In this document: in pieces, positions 19,180-30,287 of the stretch | Position numbering within the stretch: position 1 is the stretch's first letter | Layout: each line of letters opens with the position of its first letter | DNA from: Oceanispirochaeta sp. | GTDB taxonomy: Bacteria; Spirochaetota; Spirochaetia; DSM-2461 | DNA length: 64,000 bases | Reading direction: 5' to 3' | Assembly (NCBI GenBank): GCA_963666275.2 | Contig: CAXXOA010000001.1 | Coordinates: forward strand, 2,048,001 to 2,112,000 | Position numbers and translations under genes: made by a program | Notes under the pieces: generated by a model | The model's database searches: none | What the model was told of the DNA's origin: nothing | Seen by the model: the letters and a program-made list of their open reading frames with translations, nothing else

Positions 19180-20547
19180 TCAGGATCTCTGACTCATACT
19201 TGTATAAGGCACTTTGGGGGAAACATTCTTGTAGGCAGGACGGATAATCCTGCCGCCGCTTACCATCTCTTCCACTCTATGGGCACACCATCCGGGAATC
19301 CGGGCGATGGCAAAAATGGGAGTATAGAGATCCTCGGGTATATTCAGACAGTTATAGACAAAGCCCGAATAGAAATCCACATTGGCGCAGAGGGGTTTGT
19401 CATTGTTCTTGAGTTTGCAGAAAATACCGGGAGTGATCCTTTCAATCGTATCATACAGTTTGAACTCATCCATCCTTCCCGATTCTCTGGCAAGAGCTTC
19501 CGCTTTCCCTTTGAGGATTTCCGCCCGGGGATCAGATAGGGTATAAACGGCATGGCCCATACCGTAGACAAGACCTTTTTTATCAAAGGCATCTTTTCTC
19601 AGAATACGGGAAATGTAGCGTCCGATTTCCTCTTCATCCGCCCAGTCTTTCACGTTTTCCTTGATATCCTCCATCATACGGGCAACCATGATATTGGCTC
19701 CCCCGTGTAGAGGTCCTTTCAGGGAACCGATAGCCGCAGCTATGGCACTGTAGGTATCTGTACCCGAGGAGGAAACCACGTGGGTGGAAAAAGCGGAGTT
19801 GTTTCCCCCTCCGTGTTCCGCATGGAGAACAAGGGAGAGGTCCAGAAGTTCCGCTTCCAGTTTGGTATATTTTTTATCAGGTCTTATCATCCTGAGGAGG
19901 TTTTCCGCAGTGCTGAGTTCCGGATCCGGCTTATGAATGAACAGACTCTTTCCGTAGTGATAGTGAGCTTTAGCCTGGTAGCCGTAGGCAGCCATGATAG
20001 GAAGCTGAGCTATCAGTTCCACACTCTGTCTGAGCATATTTGCCACTGAAGTATCATCTGCCATATCATCCCATGAGTAGGAAACAAGGACACTTCTTGC
20101 AAGCTTGTTCATGATATTCTTGCTGGGAAATTTGAGGATCATATCTTCCGTAAAAGAATCCGGCATTTCTCTCTTCTCACCGAGCCTTTCATTAAAAAGC
20201 TTCAGTTCCGCTTCAGAGGGAAGGTATCCGAAAAGGAGAAGGAAGATGGTTTCTTCGAATCCGAAACGATCATCCTCCTGAAAACCCTTTGTAAGATCTT
20301 TGACATCAATGCCTCTGTACCGAAGGATACCTCTTACAGGGATTTTATCTCCCTCTTCCATGATATAACCGTGAACATCACCTATTTCGGTGAGACCGAC
20401 AAGAACTCCCGTACCATCCTGGTTACGGAGGCCTCTTTTCACATTGTACTTTTCATACAGATCAAGAGGAATTTTATTGTGGGTATCCATAATTCTGGAA
20501 TACTTTTTCAGGAACTCTTCGTTCATTTCATTTTTCACCTGTATCAA
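19180..20547 (-). CDS. gltA: Citrate synthase
   Basis: KRGLRN.DGTGV, LHAEHGGGNNS, GPLHGGAN, GMGHAVY..SDPRA, NVDFYSG. Confidence 0.92.
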   Translation of the reverse strand: MIQVKNEMNEEFLKKYSRIMDTHNKIPLDLYEKYNVKRGLRNQDGTGVLVGLTEIGDVHGYIMEEGDKIPVRGILRYRGIDVKDLTKGFQEDDRFGFEETIFLLLFGYLPSEAELKLFNERLGEKREMPDSFTEDMILKFPSKNIMNKLARSVLVSYSWDDMADDTSVANMLRQSVELIAQLPIMAAYGYQAKAHYHYGKSLFIHKPDPELSTAENLLRMIRPDKKYTKLEAELLDLSLVLHAEHGGGNNSAFSTHVVSSSGTDTYSAIAAAIGSLKGPLHGGANIMVARMMEDIKENVKDWADEEEIGRYISRILRKDAFDKKGLVYGMGHAVYTLSDPRAEILKGKAEALARESGRMDEFKLYDTIERITPGIFCKLKNNDKPLCANVDFYSGFVYNCLNIPEDLYTPIFAIARIPGWCAHRVEEMVSGGRIIRPAYKNVSPKVPYTSMSQRS

Positions 20548-20569
20548 CCTCCCGAAATACTTTCTCTAT

Positions 20570-21244
20570 TCAGACATCCCTGATAAACATCAGTTCATAA
20601 ATTTTATGAGATTTCTCTCTGCCTTTTCTTTCAAATTTAGTTCCCGGACGCCAGCTCTGGGGTTCCGCATAGGATTCATACTTATTTTTCAGAGAACTTT
20701 CTGAAAGGACTTCTAGAATATGCTCTGCATAATTCTCCCAGTCAGTTGCCGCGTACAGATAGCCGCCCGGAACAAGTTTCTTTTCAAGCTTACTGACAAA
20801 TCCGGACTGGATGAGTCGCCGTTTGTGGTGCTTTTTCTTTGGCCAGGGGTCCGGGAAAAAAATATGAAATCCCCCGATACTCCCGTCAGGAATCATGTGA
20901 TCCAGTACTTCCACCGCATCATGTTCGATGATCCTGAGGTTGGGAATACTGAATTCTGCAATCTGGTGAAGTAGTTTGCCAACACCCGGTTTATGCACTT
21001 CAATGCCGATATACTCTTTGTCGGGATTATCCCTTGCTATCTGGTGGGTGGCATCTCCCATTCCGAAACCGATTTCTACAATCACTTCCTTACTATTCTT
21101 AAGAAGATCATCACGACTCAGAAAACCTTCCCTGTAGGGGATACAATATTGTCCGGATAATTCATCATAGGCTTTCTGCTGAGCGGGACTCATACGGCCG
21201 GCTCTCAAAACATAACTCTTAACAGATCTGAGCTTTTTTTCCAT
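20570..21244 (-). CDS. trmB: tRNA (guanine-N7) methyltransferase
   Basis: EIGFGMG, GIEVH, FFPDPWPKKKHHKRRLIQ, ATDWENYA, TKFE. Confidence 0.95.
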   Translation of the reverse strand: MEKKLRSVKSYVLRAGRMSPAQQKAYDELSGQYCIPYREGFLSRDDLLKNSKEVIVEIGFGMGDATHQIARDNPDKEYIGIEVHKPGVGKLLHQIAEFSIPNLRIIEHDAVEVLDHMIPDGSIGGFHIFFPDPWPKKKHHKRRLIQSGFVSKLEKKLVPGGYLYAATDWENYAEHILEVLSESSLKNKYESYAEPQSWRPGTKFERKGREKSHKIYELMFIRDV

Positions 21245-21416
21245 GAAGCCAAGTCTAGTTAAACCGGTTCTCTTTTACAAGACTTTAGAGTAGTGAATAT
21301 TTATACACCAAAAACCCTATTTTCTGTATTATTATTTATAGATTATTCAACTTTGTCAATAGATTACCATCCAAATATAGATTGAGCAGTCATAATAGGT
21401 TGGTATATAATATGCT

Positions 21417-24128
21417 ATGACATTCAGGGAGTTCCTATTTACCATAATCCTCTTTGCCGCGTCTCCCCTGTTATGCCAGGAGAACCATAATTCTCCTCTG
21501 ATCATCGGGAGCTATTCAACGATCCCCCCCTACCTGATGGTGACCCCGACAGGGGGGATTACAGGAATAGAACAGGAAATCATCTCCCTCCTGGAAAGTA
21601 AATCAGGAAGAGAAATTCATCTCATTCAGTCCCAGAAGGAAGACCTCCTGGAAAGGCTCGGGAACGGTGAGATAGACGGAATCCTAACAAAAAATCTTCA
21701 GGAGGATCAGGCGGGGAAATTCCTTGAAACTTCAGAGATATTCTCTACCCCCATGGCAGTCTTCTCGCTTCATGAAAATCTCTACAAACTGGGACTGGAT
21801 CAGATTGAAAACAGCCGGATAGGCTTTCCCGAAAACTCCCGCACAGCAAAAAACTATATTTCCAAGAGTAACTCGGTCTATACAACCTATACAGATACGG
21901 TCGCAGGGCTGCAGCTGCTGCAGGAGGAGAAGATTGATTTTCTCCTGGATGATCTGTTCTTTGCAGACTACATGTCTGACAGACTGAATATGGATGTGAG
22001 AATCAAGGGAATCATAGATGATCAGGATTCGTCCTACAGGATACTGCTCAACTCCCAGTCCCTGAAGAATGAACTTGACTTTGCGGTGACCCAGATACGG
22101 AAAGAGGAGATATACAGCCTCAGGAATATGTGGATCAGTTCCTATCCGGATAAACGGATTGAACAGACAATATTTACAGATTCGGAGATGGACTGGATTA
22201 ACAGTCATCCTGAAATTTTCTATCAGACCAATACAGAGCAGAATCCCCTGTTTTTCAGGGAGGGAGATGATTTCGTGGGGATCATTCCTGAAATCATGGA
22301 TCTGCTTTCAAGCATCACTTCCATCCGCTTTACGGCACTGACAACGGGAAATCTGACGGATTTAATTTTTGTGGAACCGGATGAAACAGAGATTATCTCT
22401 TCCCGGGGAAAACCGGGAGAGTCTGAGCAGGAAGAAGTCATTTACAGTGATTCATTCCTCTCCATTCCCAATGTGATCATTACGAGAAAGAACAGCAGTG
22501 TCTACATTAATAACCCGGAATACCTCAGGGAAAGCACTATTGTGATGATAAAAGGTTCGGGAATCAGCCGGTATATGCTGAGAACTTATCCCGATATGGA
22601 TTATCTGATGGTGAATAACCTCAAGGAAGCCCTGAGCCTTCTGAACAAGATCAAGGTGGACTACTTTATAGGGAATATGATTTCCGGAAGCTATCTGATT
22701 AGAAAATCCGGTTTCCGGCAGCTTTCCATTACAGGCAAGGTGGACTTTGAAACCAATTACCGTATTGCTGTTTCCCCTGAAATGAGGGCTCTGATTCCCA
22801 TTCTCAACAAAAGCCTCAGACTCATCACTCCTGCGGAACTGACCACGATCATGCAGAAATGGACGTCCCTCAAACCCGAAGAAACCATTAATTTCACCTT
22901 TCTCATTCAGATACTTGTTGTCTTTGCTGTCATCATTGCGATCATTCTGATATGGAACCGTAAGCTGAAACTTGAAATCCAGGAGAGGGAGCGTTCCGAG
23001 GAAGCCCTGAGATACAGTGAACACAAATCCAGAGAGGCCGAGGAAATCTCCCGTCTTGCCAGGGAGAGAGCGGAAAAACTTGCAGTTATGGCTGAGTCTG
23101 CCAGTAAGGCAAAGTCCCAGTTTCTAGCCAATATGTCCCATGAGATCCGGACTCCCCTGAACTCGATCATCGGTTTTACAGAACTACTGGATTCGACAGA
23201 GATGGACAGTCAGCAGACACAGTACCTGAACTCGGTCAAGACATCTGCGGAAGTCCTCCTTGTCCTTATAAACGACGTCCTGGATATTTCAAAAATCGAA
23301 GCGGGGAAAATGCAGATAAACCCCTCCCCTGTAAAAATCGCCAAAGTGTTTCATGAGATGGAGGTTATTTTTCAGCAGAAAGCCGATGAGAAAGGCCTGA
23401 ACCTCCGGTTCCTTGAAAACGACATGAACCATAATGAGTATCTTCTTGACAGCCTCAGGCTGGAACAGGTTCTGATCAACCTCATTGGCAATTCCATAAA
23501 ATTCACAGAGTCTGGTTTTGTTTCGGTATCGGCCAAATACAATCAGAATCCGGGGACCAGAAACTATGATATTACCCTGACCGTGGCAGATTCAGGGATC
23601 GGCATAAAAGAGCAGGAAAGAGACAAGATTTTCAACCTTTTTGAACAGTCGGAAAACCAGGACACCAGGCGCTTCGGAGGAACCGGTCTGGGACTGGGGA
23701 TCTCAAGCAAGCTCGTACAGCTTATGAACGGAGAGATCCATGTGGACAGCATGTACGGAAAAGGGTCTGTTTTTTCCATCTATCTGCCGGGAGTGCCCTG
23801 CCTGAAAGATTTCGGGAATTTTTTCCGTCAGCCCGACACGATGCTGCAGGATCCATCGTATTATAGTGAGGACTCTTCCGCCTCTTCGGAGATAATCAGA
23901 GATATCCCGAGCATTCTGGAATGGAAAAGGGTCAGAGACAGCGGAGATCCTGATGCCATCAAAGAGTTCTGCGGCTACCTGATGCAGCGTCCGGAAGCCA
24001 AAGAGAATCGATCTTTCAACAGTACCGTGGGTAAACTGATTCAGGCTTCCGATGCCTTCGACCTGGACAAGATCCTTCACTATTCCCGCAAGATGAACAG
24101 CTTTTTTTCAGAGGTTTTAAATGAATAG
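21417..24128 (+). CDS. BvgS/EvgS-like sensor kinase with two periplasmic solute-binding domains
   Basis: Signal peptide, two SBP-like modules, TM, AKSQFLANMSHEIRTPLN, NSIKFT, DSGIGI, GGTGLGL. Confidence 0.88.
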   Translation: MTFREFLFTIILFAASPLLCQENHNSPLIIGSYSTIPPYLMVTPTGGITGIEQEIISLLESKSGREIHLIQSQKEDLLERLGNGEIDGILTKNLQEDQAGKFLETSEIFSTPMAVFSLHENLYKLGLDQIENSRIGFPENSRTAKNYISKSNSVYTTYTDTVAGLQLLQEEKIDFLLDDLFFADYMSDRLNMDVRIKGIIDDQDSSYRILLNSQSLKNELDFAVTQIRKEEIYSLRNMWISSYPDKRIEQTIFTDSEMDWINSHPEIFYQTNTEQNPLFFREGDDFVGIIPEIMDLLSSITSIRFTALTTGNLTDLIFVEPDETEIISSRGKPGESEQEEVIYSDSFLSIPNVIITRKNSSVYINNPEYLRESTIVMIKGSGISRYMLRTYPDMDYLMVNNLKEALSLLNKIKVDYFIGNMISGSYLIRKSGFRQLSITGKVDFETNYRIAVSPEMRALIPILNKSLRLITPAELTTIMQKWTSLKPEETINFTFLIQILVVFAVIIAIILIWNRKLKLEIQERERSEEALRYSEHKSREAEEISRLARERAEKLAVMAESASKAKSQFLANMSHEIRTPLNSIIGFTELLDSTEMDSQQTQYLNSVKTSAEVLLVLINDVLDISKIEAGKMQINPSPVKIAKVFHEMEVIFQQKADEKGLNLRFLENDMNHNEYLLDSLRLEQVLINLIGNSIKFTESGFVSVSAKYNQNPGTRNYDITLTVADSGIGIKEQERDKIFNLFEQSENQDTRRFGGTGLGLGISSKLVQLMNGEIHVDSMYGKGSVFSIYLPGVPCLKDFGNFFRQPDTMLQDPSYYSEDSSASSEIIRDIPSILEWKRVRDSGDPDAIKEFCGYLMQRPEAKENRSFNSTVGKLIQASDAFDLDKILHYSRKMNSFFSEVLNE

Positions 24129-25206
24129 GCAGAAAACAATCCTGATTGTTGATGATATCACAAAAAATATACAGCTCGTAGCGCAGAATCTGAAACCCCT
24201 GGGATACAGACTCCTCTTTGCCACATCCGGAAAAAAAGCTCTGGATATTCTGGCGGAGAACCAGGTGGATCTGATACTCCTTGATATCATGATGCCCGAA
24301 ATGAACGGGTATGAAACCTGCCGGGAGATCAAAAAAACAGAAGCCTACAGCAATCTGCCTGTGATCTTCCTCACGGCTAAAAACGAAGTATCCGATATCA
24401 TAGAAGGTTTCGATGCGGGCGGTTCGGACTACATCATCAAACCTTTTCACAGTCAGGAATTGATTAAAAGGGTTAAAACACACCTGGAACTGAAGATACA
24501 CAGAGACAAACTTCAGCAGCGTCAGAAACAGCTGCAGGAACTTGTCCACATCCTCTCCCACGATCTGAAGAACAGTCTGTCGGGAATCACCATGACCATG
24601 GATCTGGCGGAACTTGAAAAAAAACATCTGGATGAATACTCCGGACGGATCCGGGAGATGGCAGAGAACGGCCTGTCCCTGATTGATCTGGCAAGAACAA
24701 TGCTGCTCATGGAGGAAAAACCCTTTGTACTGAAGCCCACAAGCCTTATGGACTGCCTGGATCAGTCAACGGGAATACTGGAACCTCTCATTGAATCCAA
24801 GGCCATCAGGCTTCAGATCAGCAGGGAGGAGGATTTTTCCATACAGGCCGAACCCACCTCTCTGGTGAATTCGGTATTGAACAATATCCTGACCAATGCC
24901 GTCAAATTTTCAGAAAAAGGGGGAGAGCTTCAACTCTCCATTACAAGAGAAAACAAGAAGATTGCCCTGAGACTCAGGGATTTCGGCATAGGGATCCCCG
25001 AAGAGATGAAAGAGAATCTTTTCAATATACACAAATCGGTCTGCCGGGAGGGCACCATGGGCGAGAAAGGAACGGGATTCGGTCTCTCTCTGCTCAAAAA
25101 ATTCATGGACGCCTACGGAGGTGATGTTACAGTCAAATCCTCAACAACCGGAACCGATGGCTTTCCCCGGGGTACGGAAATCACCCTCTACTTTCTCAAA
25201 TCCTGA
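24121..25206 (+). CDS. Hybrid REC-histidine kinase
   Basis: ILIVDD...LLDIMMPEMNG...KPF, then SHDLKNSL, NAVKFS, GTGFGL; overlaps upstream kinase. Confidence 0.88.
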   Translation: MNRQKTILIVDDITKNIQLVAQNLKPLGYRLLFATSGKKALDILAENQVDLILLDIMMPEMNGYETCREIKKTEAYSNLPVIFLTAKNEVSDIIEGFDAGGSDYIIKPFHSQELIKRVKTHLELKIHRDKLQQRQKQLQELVHILSHDLKNSLSGITMTMDLAELEKKHLDEYSGRIREMAENGLSLIDLARTMLLMEEKPFVLKPTSLMDCLDQSTGILEPLIESKAIRLQISREEDFSIQAEPTSLVNSVLNNILTNAVKFSEKGGELQLSITRENKKIALRLRDFGIGIPEEMKENLFNIHKSVCREGTMGEKGTGFGLSLLKKFMDAYGGDVTVKSSTTGTDGFPRGTEITLYFLKS

Positions 25207-25208
25207 TC

Positions 25209-28200
25209 CTACAGAAGCATTGAGAGTTTTTCCCTCAGGAATTCAGATTTTTCTACAAGCCCGATTTTATCGGAAGCGATGATCATCCTTTCGGGATGTG
25301 CCGCATCCAGCTTGACCTGACCGGCCGAAGTGGCAATCAGTTTCATAACCTTATCCACCGAGATGGCTGCGACTTTACCGAAATCAATATAGACAGCGCC
25401 CTTCCTCTCTCTCAGAGAGGCGATCCACAGTTCCCGGCATATAATTCTGATTTCCGCCAGGGCCATAAGGCTCTGCATTTCCGAAGGAAGAGGTCCGAAC
25501 CTGTCGTAGAGTTCCGAATACAGCCGCTCCTGTTCCTCTTTCTCTGAAATAGAGGCAATCTTTTTATAGACTTCCATTTTTTCCGTGGGATCATGGATGT
25601 AGGTATCGGGAATGAAACCTGTATAAACAAGTTCGAGATAAACTTCCGGCGGTTCCTCTTCCCTTTCATCACGGCTTCTTTCGGCAATTGCCTCCTCCAG
25701 AAGTTTCAGGTACATGTCAAATCCAACTGCCAGGATCTCACCGGACTGCTCGCTGCCCAGAAGATTTCCCGCGCCCCGGACTTCCATATCCTTCATGGCG
25801 ATTTTGAAACCCGATCCCAGATCTGTAAAATCCGATATGATCTGCAGCCTCTTCATGGCTATATCCGAAAGGGCCCGGCTCTCCGGATAGAGAAGATAGG
25901 CATAGGCCAGCCTTTCAGACCGTCCCACCCGTCCCCGCAGCTGATAGAGCTGGGAGATTCCGTACATATCTGCCCTGTCTATGATGATTGTATTGACATT
26001 GGGAATATCAATTCCGTTTTCGATAATCGTGGTGGAAACCAGAACCTGAAAAGACCCATGGATAAACCGGTGCATAATCTCTTCCAGTTCTTTCGGGGTC
26101 ATCTGGCCGTGAGCGGTTTCCACAAAAACCTCGGGGATGAGATCCTGAAGGAAGATCTGAATGGATTCGAGGGACTCCACCCGGTTGTGGAGGAAAAAGA
26201 CCTGACCACCCCTCTCCACTTCTCTCCGGATGGCTCTGGCTACCGTATCGGGATCAAACTCCTGAATAAAGGTTTCAATGGGCTGCCTGTTTTTGGGCGG
26301 TGTTTTGAGAACCGACATATCACGGATTTTAACCAGAGACATATGGAGGGTTCTGGGGATGGGTGTGGCCGAAAGGGTCAGACAGTCAATATTTGTCTTG
26401 AGCTCCTTCATCCTCTCCTTGTCTTTCACACCGAAACGCTGTTCTTCATCTATAATAAGGAGCCCCAGCTGCTTGAATCTGATATCTTTTGAAAGGATCC
26501 GGTGGGTTCCTATGAGCAGATCAATTTCGCCTTTCTCCAGTTTTGCCAGAGTCTCTTTCTGTTCCGCTCTGGGGACAAAACGGGAAAGCATGGCAATCCT
26601 GACGGGAAACCTTTTAAAGCGTTCCTGAAAGTTTTCATAGTGCTGCTCCGCCAGGATCGTGGTGGGACAGAGAAATGCCACCTGACGCCCCCCCATGACC
26701 CCTTTGAAAGCCGCTCTCATGGCAATTTCTGTCTTTCCGTAACCCACATCACCGCAGACTAGACGGTCCATGGGACGGGGGGACATCATATCGCCTTTGA
26801 TATCTTCAATGGCCAGAAGCTGGTCTTTTGTCTCCTGGTAGGGAAATGAAGCTTCGAACTCCACCTGAAAATCGTCGTCCGGCGGAAATGCATACCCCCT
26901 GGCGGTCTGACGTCCTGCATAGAGCTTCACCAGCCTGTCAGCCAGATCCTCTACGGATTTCCGCACTTTCTTCTTTTTACTGTCCCAGCTCTTGCCGCCG
27001 ATCTTGTCCAGTTTGGGTTTCCGGTTGTCGTTACCGATGTAGCGCTGAACAAGGTTCACCTGCTCTATGGGTATAAAAACAGTCTCTTCTCCGGCGTACT
27101 CCAGGGAGATGTAATCCCTTTCGTTCCCCGCAGCGGTGATCCTTTCTATTCCCTTGAAAAGGCCGATTCCGTAGTTGACATGAACCACATAATCGCCCGG
27201 ATTCAGTTCCACAAAGGAGTCAATAATTTCACTCTGAGCTTTCTTTACAGACGCGGGAGCTGACTTTTTCCGCCCGAAGATCTCATTTTCCTGGACCACA
27301 AGGATTTTATCCTCCGCCAGGCAGTATCCCCCTGAGATTCCTTCAGGGATAACTGTGGGTTCAAACTCTTTCAGGAGAAATCCGATCCTGTCCGCCTGGG
27401 ATTCAGATTCGGCAAATATGAATATGGAATACCCCTGATTTCTGAACCCGGCCATCTCCTCTTTCAGGTAGTTGATATTACCGAAAAAAGAACGGCCCGG
27501 ATCGCATTCAAAATGGATGGATTCGGGATTATCCTCCTGCCGGAGATTGTGAATCTGAAGAGTTTTTCTGTGGGAATGCTGCCGCTCTTCCAGGGTCGCT
27601 GTAAATTTATCCGGCGGCGGAACAATCATACCCTGTTCCAGAGCTTTTTCATAAAGCTCGCCGTACTCCTTCATAAGAGAGTTTTCCCCGTACTGAAAAG
27701 ATTCCATATCCACCAGATAGAGAAAATCCTCCCCTTTGATGTAATCCAGGAGAGACACGGGATGATCAAACGCCAGAGGATAGTAGAGCTCTTCCCCGCG
27801 GAATTCACCGCTTGTCAGAAGATGCTCGGAAACCTGTTTGAATAGTGACGGAGTCAGATGTTTTTCAAGACAAAGGATACGCTCTTCATCCCAGACAACC
27901 TCCTTTGCGGGGTAGAGTGTTATATCCGATATTTTTTCACCCGAAGCCTGGGAGACGGGATCGAAGAATTTGATTTCCTCAACCTCGTCAAACTCAAAGA
28001 CTATACGGACCGCATCATCGTATCCCGGAAGGAATATATCCAGGACCTCTCCCCTGAGGGCAAACTCGCCGGGCACACTGACCCGGGGGACCCTGAGATA
28101 ACCGTACTCCTGGAGCCGTCTTTCCAGATAGACAGGATCCAGCTCTCTGCCGAGAGCGATAGGAAGAGCCAGTCCTTTTAAATACTCCGAAGGGGGAAGA

Positions 28201-28592
28201 TAAGAGAGGAAAGACCTTAATGAAGCCACAAACAGGGTATTTCTGGCATTCATCATCTCATAGAGCGTCTTCACCCTTTTTCCGAAAATGGACGCCTGAG
28301 GAGAAACCCCTTTGTAAAGCATAGTGCCCCACCAGGGCATCAGGCTGACCTTATGGTGAAACAGGGAAAGATCCCTGACCAGATCCTGTGCCTCTTTTTC
28401 ACTGGAAACCACGACCAGACCGTTTTTGCCGGAAAGGCTTGTCAGATGACCGATCATTCCCGCCAGATAATTGCCCCGGATTCCCGTCAGATGAAGAGGA
28501 AATTCTCCGGAATTTGCTTTATCCAGAAGAGAATTGAATGAATTGCTTACTTTGAAATGACTTGTTAATGTATTTTGGTATAATGTTATCAT
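25209..28592 (-). CDS. mfd: Transcription-repair coupling factor
   Basis: GDYVVHVNYGIG, CGDVGYGKTE, DEEQRFGV, SATPIPRT, QLRGRVGRS, RGAGNLLG. Confidence 0.96.
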   Translation of the reverse strand: MITLYQNTLTSHFKVSNSFNSLLDKANSGEFPLHLTGIRGNYLAGMIGHLTSLSGKNGLVVVSSEKEAQDLVRDLSLFHHKVSLMPWWGTMLYKGVSPQASIFGKRVKTLYEMMNARNTLFVASLRSFLSYLPPSEYLKGLALPIALGRELDPVYLERRLQEYGYLRVPRVSVPGEFALRGEVLDIFLPGYDDAVRIVFEFDEVEEIKFFDPVSQASGEKISDITLYPAKEVVWDEERILCLEKHLTPSLFKQVSEHLLTSGEFRGEELYYPLAFDHPVSLLDYIKGEDFLYLVDMESFQYGENSLMKEYGELYEKALEQGMIVPPPDKFTATLEERQHSHRKTLQIHNLRQEDNPESIHFECDPGRSFFGNINYLKEEMAGFRNQGYSIFIFAESESQADRIGFLLKEFEPTVIPEGISGGYCLAEDKILVVQENEIFGRKKSAPASVKKAQSEIIDSFVELNPGDYVVHVNYGIGLFKGIERITAAGNERDYISLEYAGEETVFIPIEQVNLVQRYIGNDNRKPKLDKIGGKSWDSKKKKVRKSVEDLADRLVKLYAGRQTARGYAFPPDDDFQVEFEASFPYQETKDQLLAIEDIKGDMMSPRPMDRLVCGDVGYGKTEIAMRAAFKGVMGGRQVAFLCPTTILAEQHYENFQERFKRFPVRIAMLSRFVPRAEQKETLAKLEKGEIDLLIGTHRILSKDIRFKQLGLLIIDEEQRFGVKDKERMKELKTNIDCLTLSATPIPRTLHMSLVKIRDMSVLKTPPKNRQPIETFIQEFDPDTVARAIRREVERGGQVFFLHNRVESLESIQIFLQDLIPEVFVETAHGQMTPKELEEIMHRFIHGSFQVLVSTTIIENGIDIPNVNTIIIDRADMYGISQLYQLRGRVGRSERLAYAYLLYPESRALSDIAMKRLQIISDFTDLGSGFKIAMKDMEVRGAGNLLGSEQSGEILAVGFDMYLKLLEEAIAERSRDEREEEPPEVYLELVYTGFIPDTYIHDPTEKMEVYKKIASISEKEEQERLYSELYDRFGPLPSEMQSLMALAEIRIICRELWIASLRERKGAVYIDFGKVAAISVDKVMKLIATSAGQVKLDAAHPERMIIASDKIGLVEKSEFLREKLSMLL

Positions 28593-28637
28593 TTAAAAAA
28601 ACCGAAATTAATAAAAAGAATTTGTTTGGGAGTTCCC

Positions 28638-29582
28638 ATGACCAGAAAGCGAATCAGCTTAATATTATTGCTTATCCTGTTAGGGATTTCTGCCGCATCT
28701 GCTGCAGAACCGGTATTCAGCATAAGGTATTATAACAAGAAAATCTATTACCCCGAGAGTCCCATTCAGATAAAAGTGATCCTGTCCAATCCGGATTCCC
28801 AGCCGATATCATTCAAAGTATCCGAAAACAGGACTTTCAATTTTCAATTTAATCTGAAGACTCTTAAAAACGAAACCCTTCCTCCTTCCAGAGACTACCT
28901 GATAAGCTACAACAGCAATCAGCCCGCCTACTACAGGACTGTCACTCTCGAACCGGGAGAGGAATTCGGATTTATTGTAGACCTTGACTCCTTTGTGAAC
29001 GTCACCGAGCCGGGAGTCTATATTCTGGACGGCCAGTTTTTCAAAGATCTCAATTCCCGGTCGGCCGAGGGCATTCAGTCAAACAAACTCTCCCTGACTA
29101 TCCGTCCGGGAATGTATGCCACAACCTATTCAGATGAAATTGATCTTCAGACGGGAGAGATTCTCAGTCAGGAGAATCTTCCCCCGGATGAAGTGGTTGC
29201 CTATACATTGAAGGCCCGGCAGAAAGATCAGTGGAACAGATTCTTCCTCTATATGGATCTAAAAGATATCCTTCTTCAGAATGATATGATCCGCCGTCAG
29301 TTTGAGAAGATGAGTGAAGAGGAACAGTATCGCGCTCTGGAAGAGTACAAAGAGACTCTTAAAATGGGTGAGATGCCTGAAAATCAGAGTATCGTGGATA
29401 TCCCCATGGATTTTGAAATCCTCCAGACCACCTACAACAGCAGGGAAGCCACTGTCATTGTCAGAGAGGAATTTCAGCAGATTGGTTTCAAAGAGATAAA
29501 AAGATACACCTACTATCTTCACAGATACGACAATATCTGGAAAATACACAGGTATGAAGTCAAAAATGTAGGAACAGAATAA
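28638..29582 (+). CDS. Hypothetical secreted protein
   Basis: Signal peptide (..ASA-AE); ATG 28638 behind GGGAG. Confidence 0.7.
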   Translation: MTRKRISLILLLILLGISAASAAEPVFSIRYYNKKIYYPESPIQIKVILSNPDSQPISFKVSENRTFNFQFNLKTLKNETLPPSRDYLISYNSNQPAYYRTVTLEPGEEFGFIVDLDSFVNVTEPGVYILDGQFFKDLNSRSAEGIQSNKLSLTIRPGMYATTYSDEIDLQTGEILSQENLPPDEVVAYTLKARQKDQWNRFFLYMDLKDILLQNDMIRRQFEKMSEEEQYRALEEYKETLKMGEMPENQSIVDIPMDFEILQTTYNSREATVIVREEFQQIGFKEIKRYTYYLHRYDNIWKIHRYEVKNVGTE

Positions 29583-30287
29583 ATGAAACTGCTCTTAGTC
29601 AGCCATGATGAACAACTCGCGGGAGACATATACCGGTATTTTACCCCCCGGGGGTATTCGGTTATACACTATTCCAATCCTCTGAAAGCCATGGACAACT
29701 TCCGGGAGATCCGTCCTGATATCATAATCTTCCATGAACCGGACTTTCCCAGACACTGGAAACTGTCGGTACAGTCTCTGAGAGAACTTTATTCAAGGGA
29801 CACTGCCCTTTTTATCCTTATGGTGCCGCCGGATTATCCGGAAGAGGATCTTCATAAGGCCTATATTCTCGGCGTAAACGGGATTCTCAAGAAAAAAGAG
29901 TCTGAGAAAACTGCTGTAGAAAGTCTTGAATCGCTCATTCTGTATTACAAACCCTCTCCGGAAGTCCGCAAACAGCGCCGCCTTCTGCCACTGGGAGAAA
30001 AAACAATGGATTTCATTTTTATGAATCCCGAGAATCTCCAGCTTATAAATGCCAGGGTTCTGGAGTTGTCTGAATACGGAGCGATTGTAAAACCTGTAGA
30101 AGAGATAAAAACCGAAGGACTGATTCCCGGAATGGAAATCAGCAACTGTTCCCTGAAGACCGGTGATGTTATTCTGAGTATTTCCGTCAGGATTATCGCT
30201 GTCAAAGGGGTCCTTGAACTGGAATTTATCGAAGGCCTGGAAGACTGGAAGTCCCGGCTGAAAAAATCAATTGAGTCATACAATTGA
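29583..30287 (+). CDS. Degenerate REC plus PilZ-like protein
   Basis: REC-like N-terminus without the phospho-Asp; RKQRR (RxxxR) and ELSEYG (variant of D/NxSxxG). Confidence 0.6.
   Translation: MKLLLVSHDEQLAGDIYRYFTPRGYSVIHYSNPLKAMDNFREIRPDIIIFHEPDFPRHWKLSVQSLRELYSRDTALFILMVPPDYPEEDLHKAYILGVNGILKKKESEKTAVESLESLILYYKPSPEVRKQRRLLPLGEKTMDFIFMNPENLQLINARVLELSEYGAIVKPVEEIKTEGLIPGMEISNCSLKTGDVILSISVRIIAVKGVLELEFIEGLEDWKSRLKKSIESYN

Noticed and set aside
19147..19539. 130-aa ORF starting in the IS right IR
   Set aside because: Antisense to gltA, no RBS
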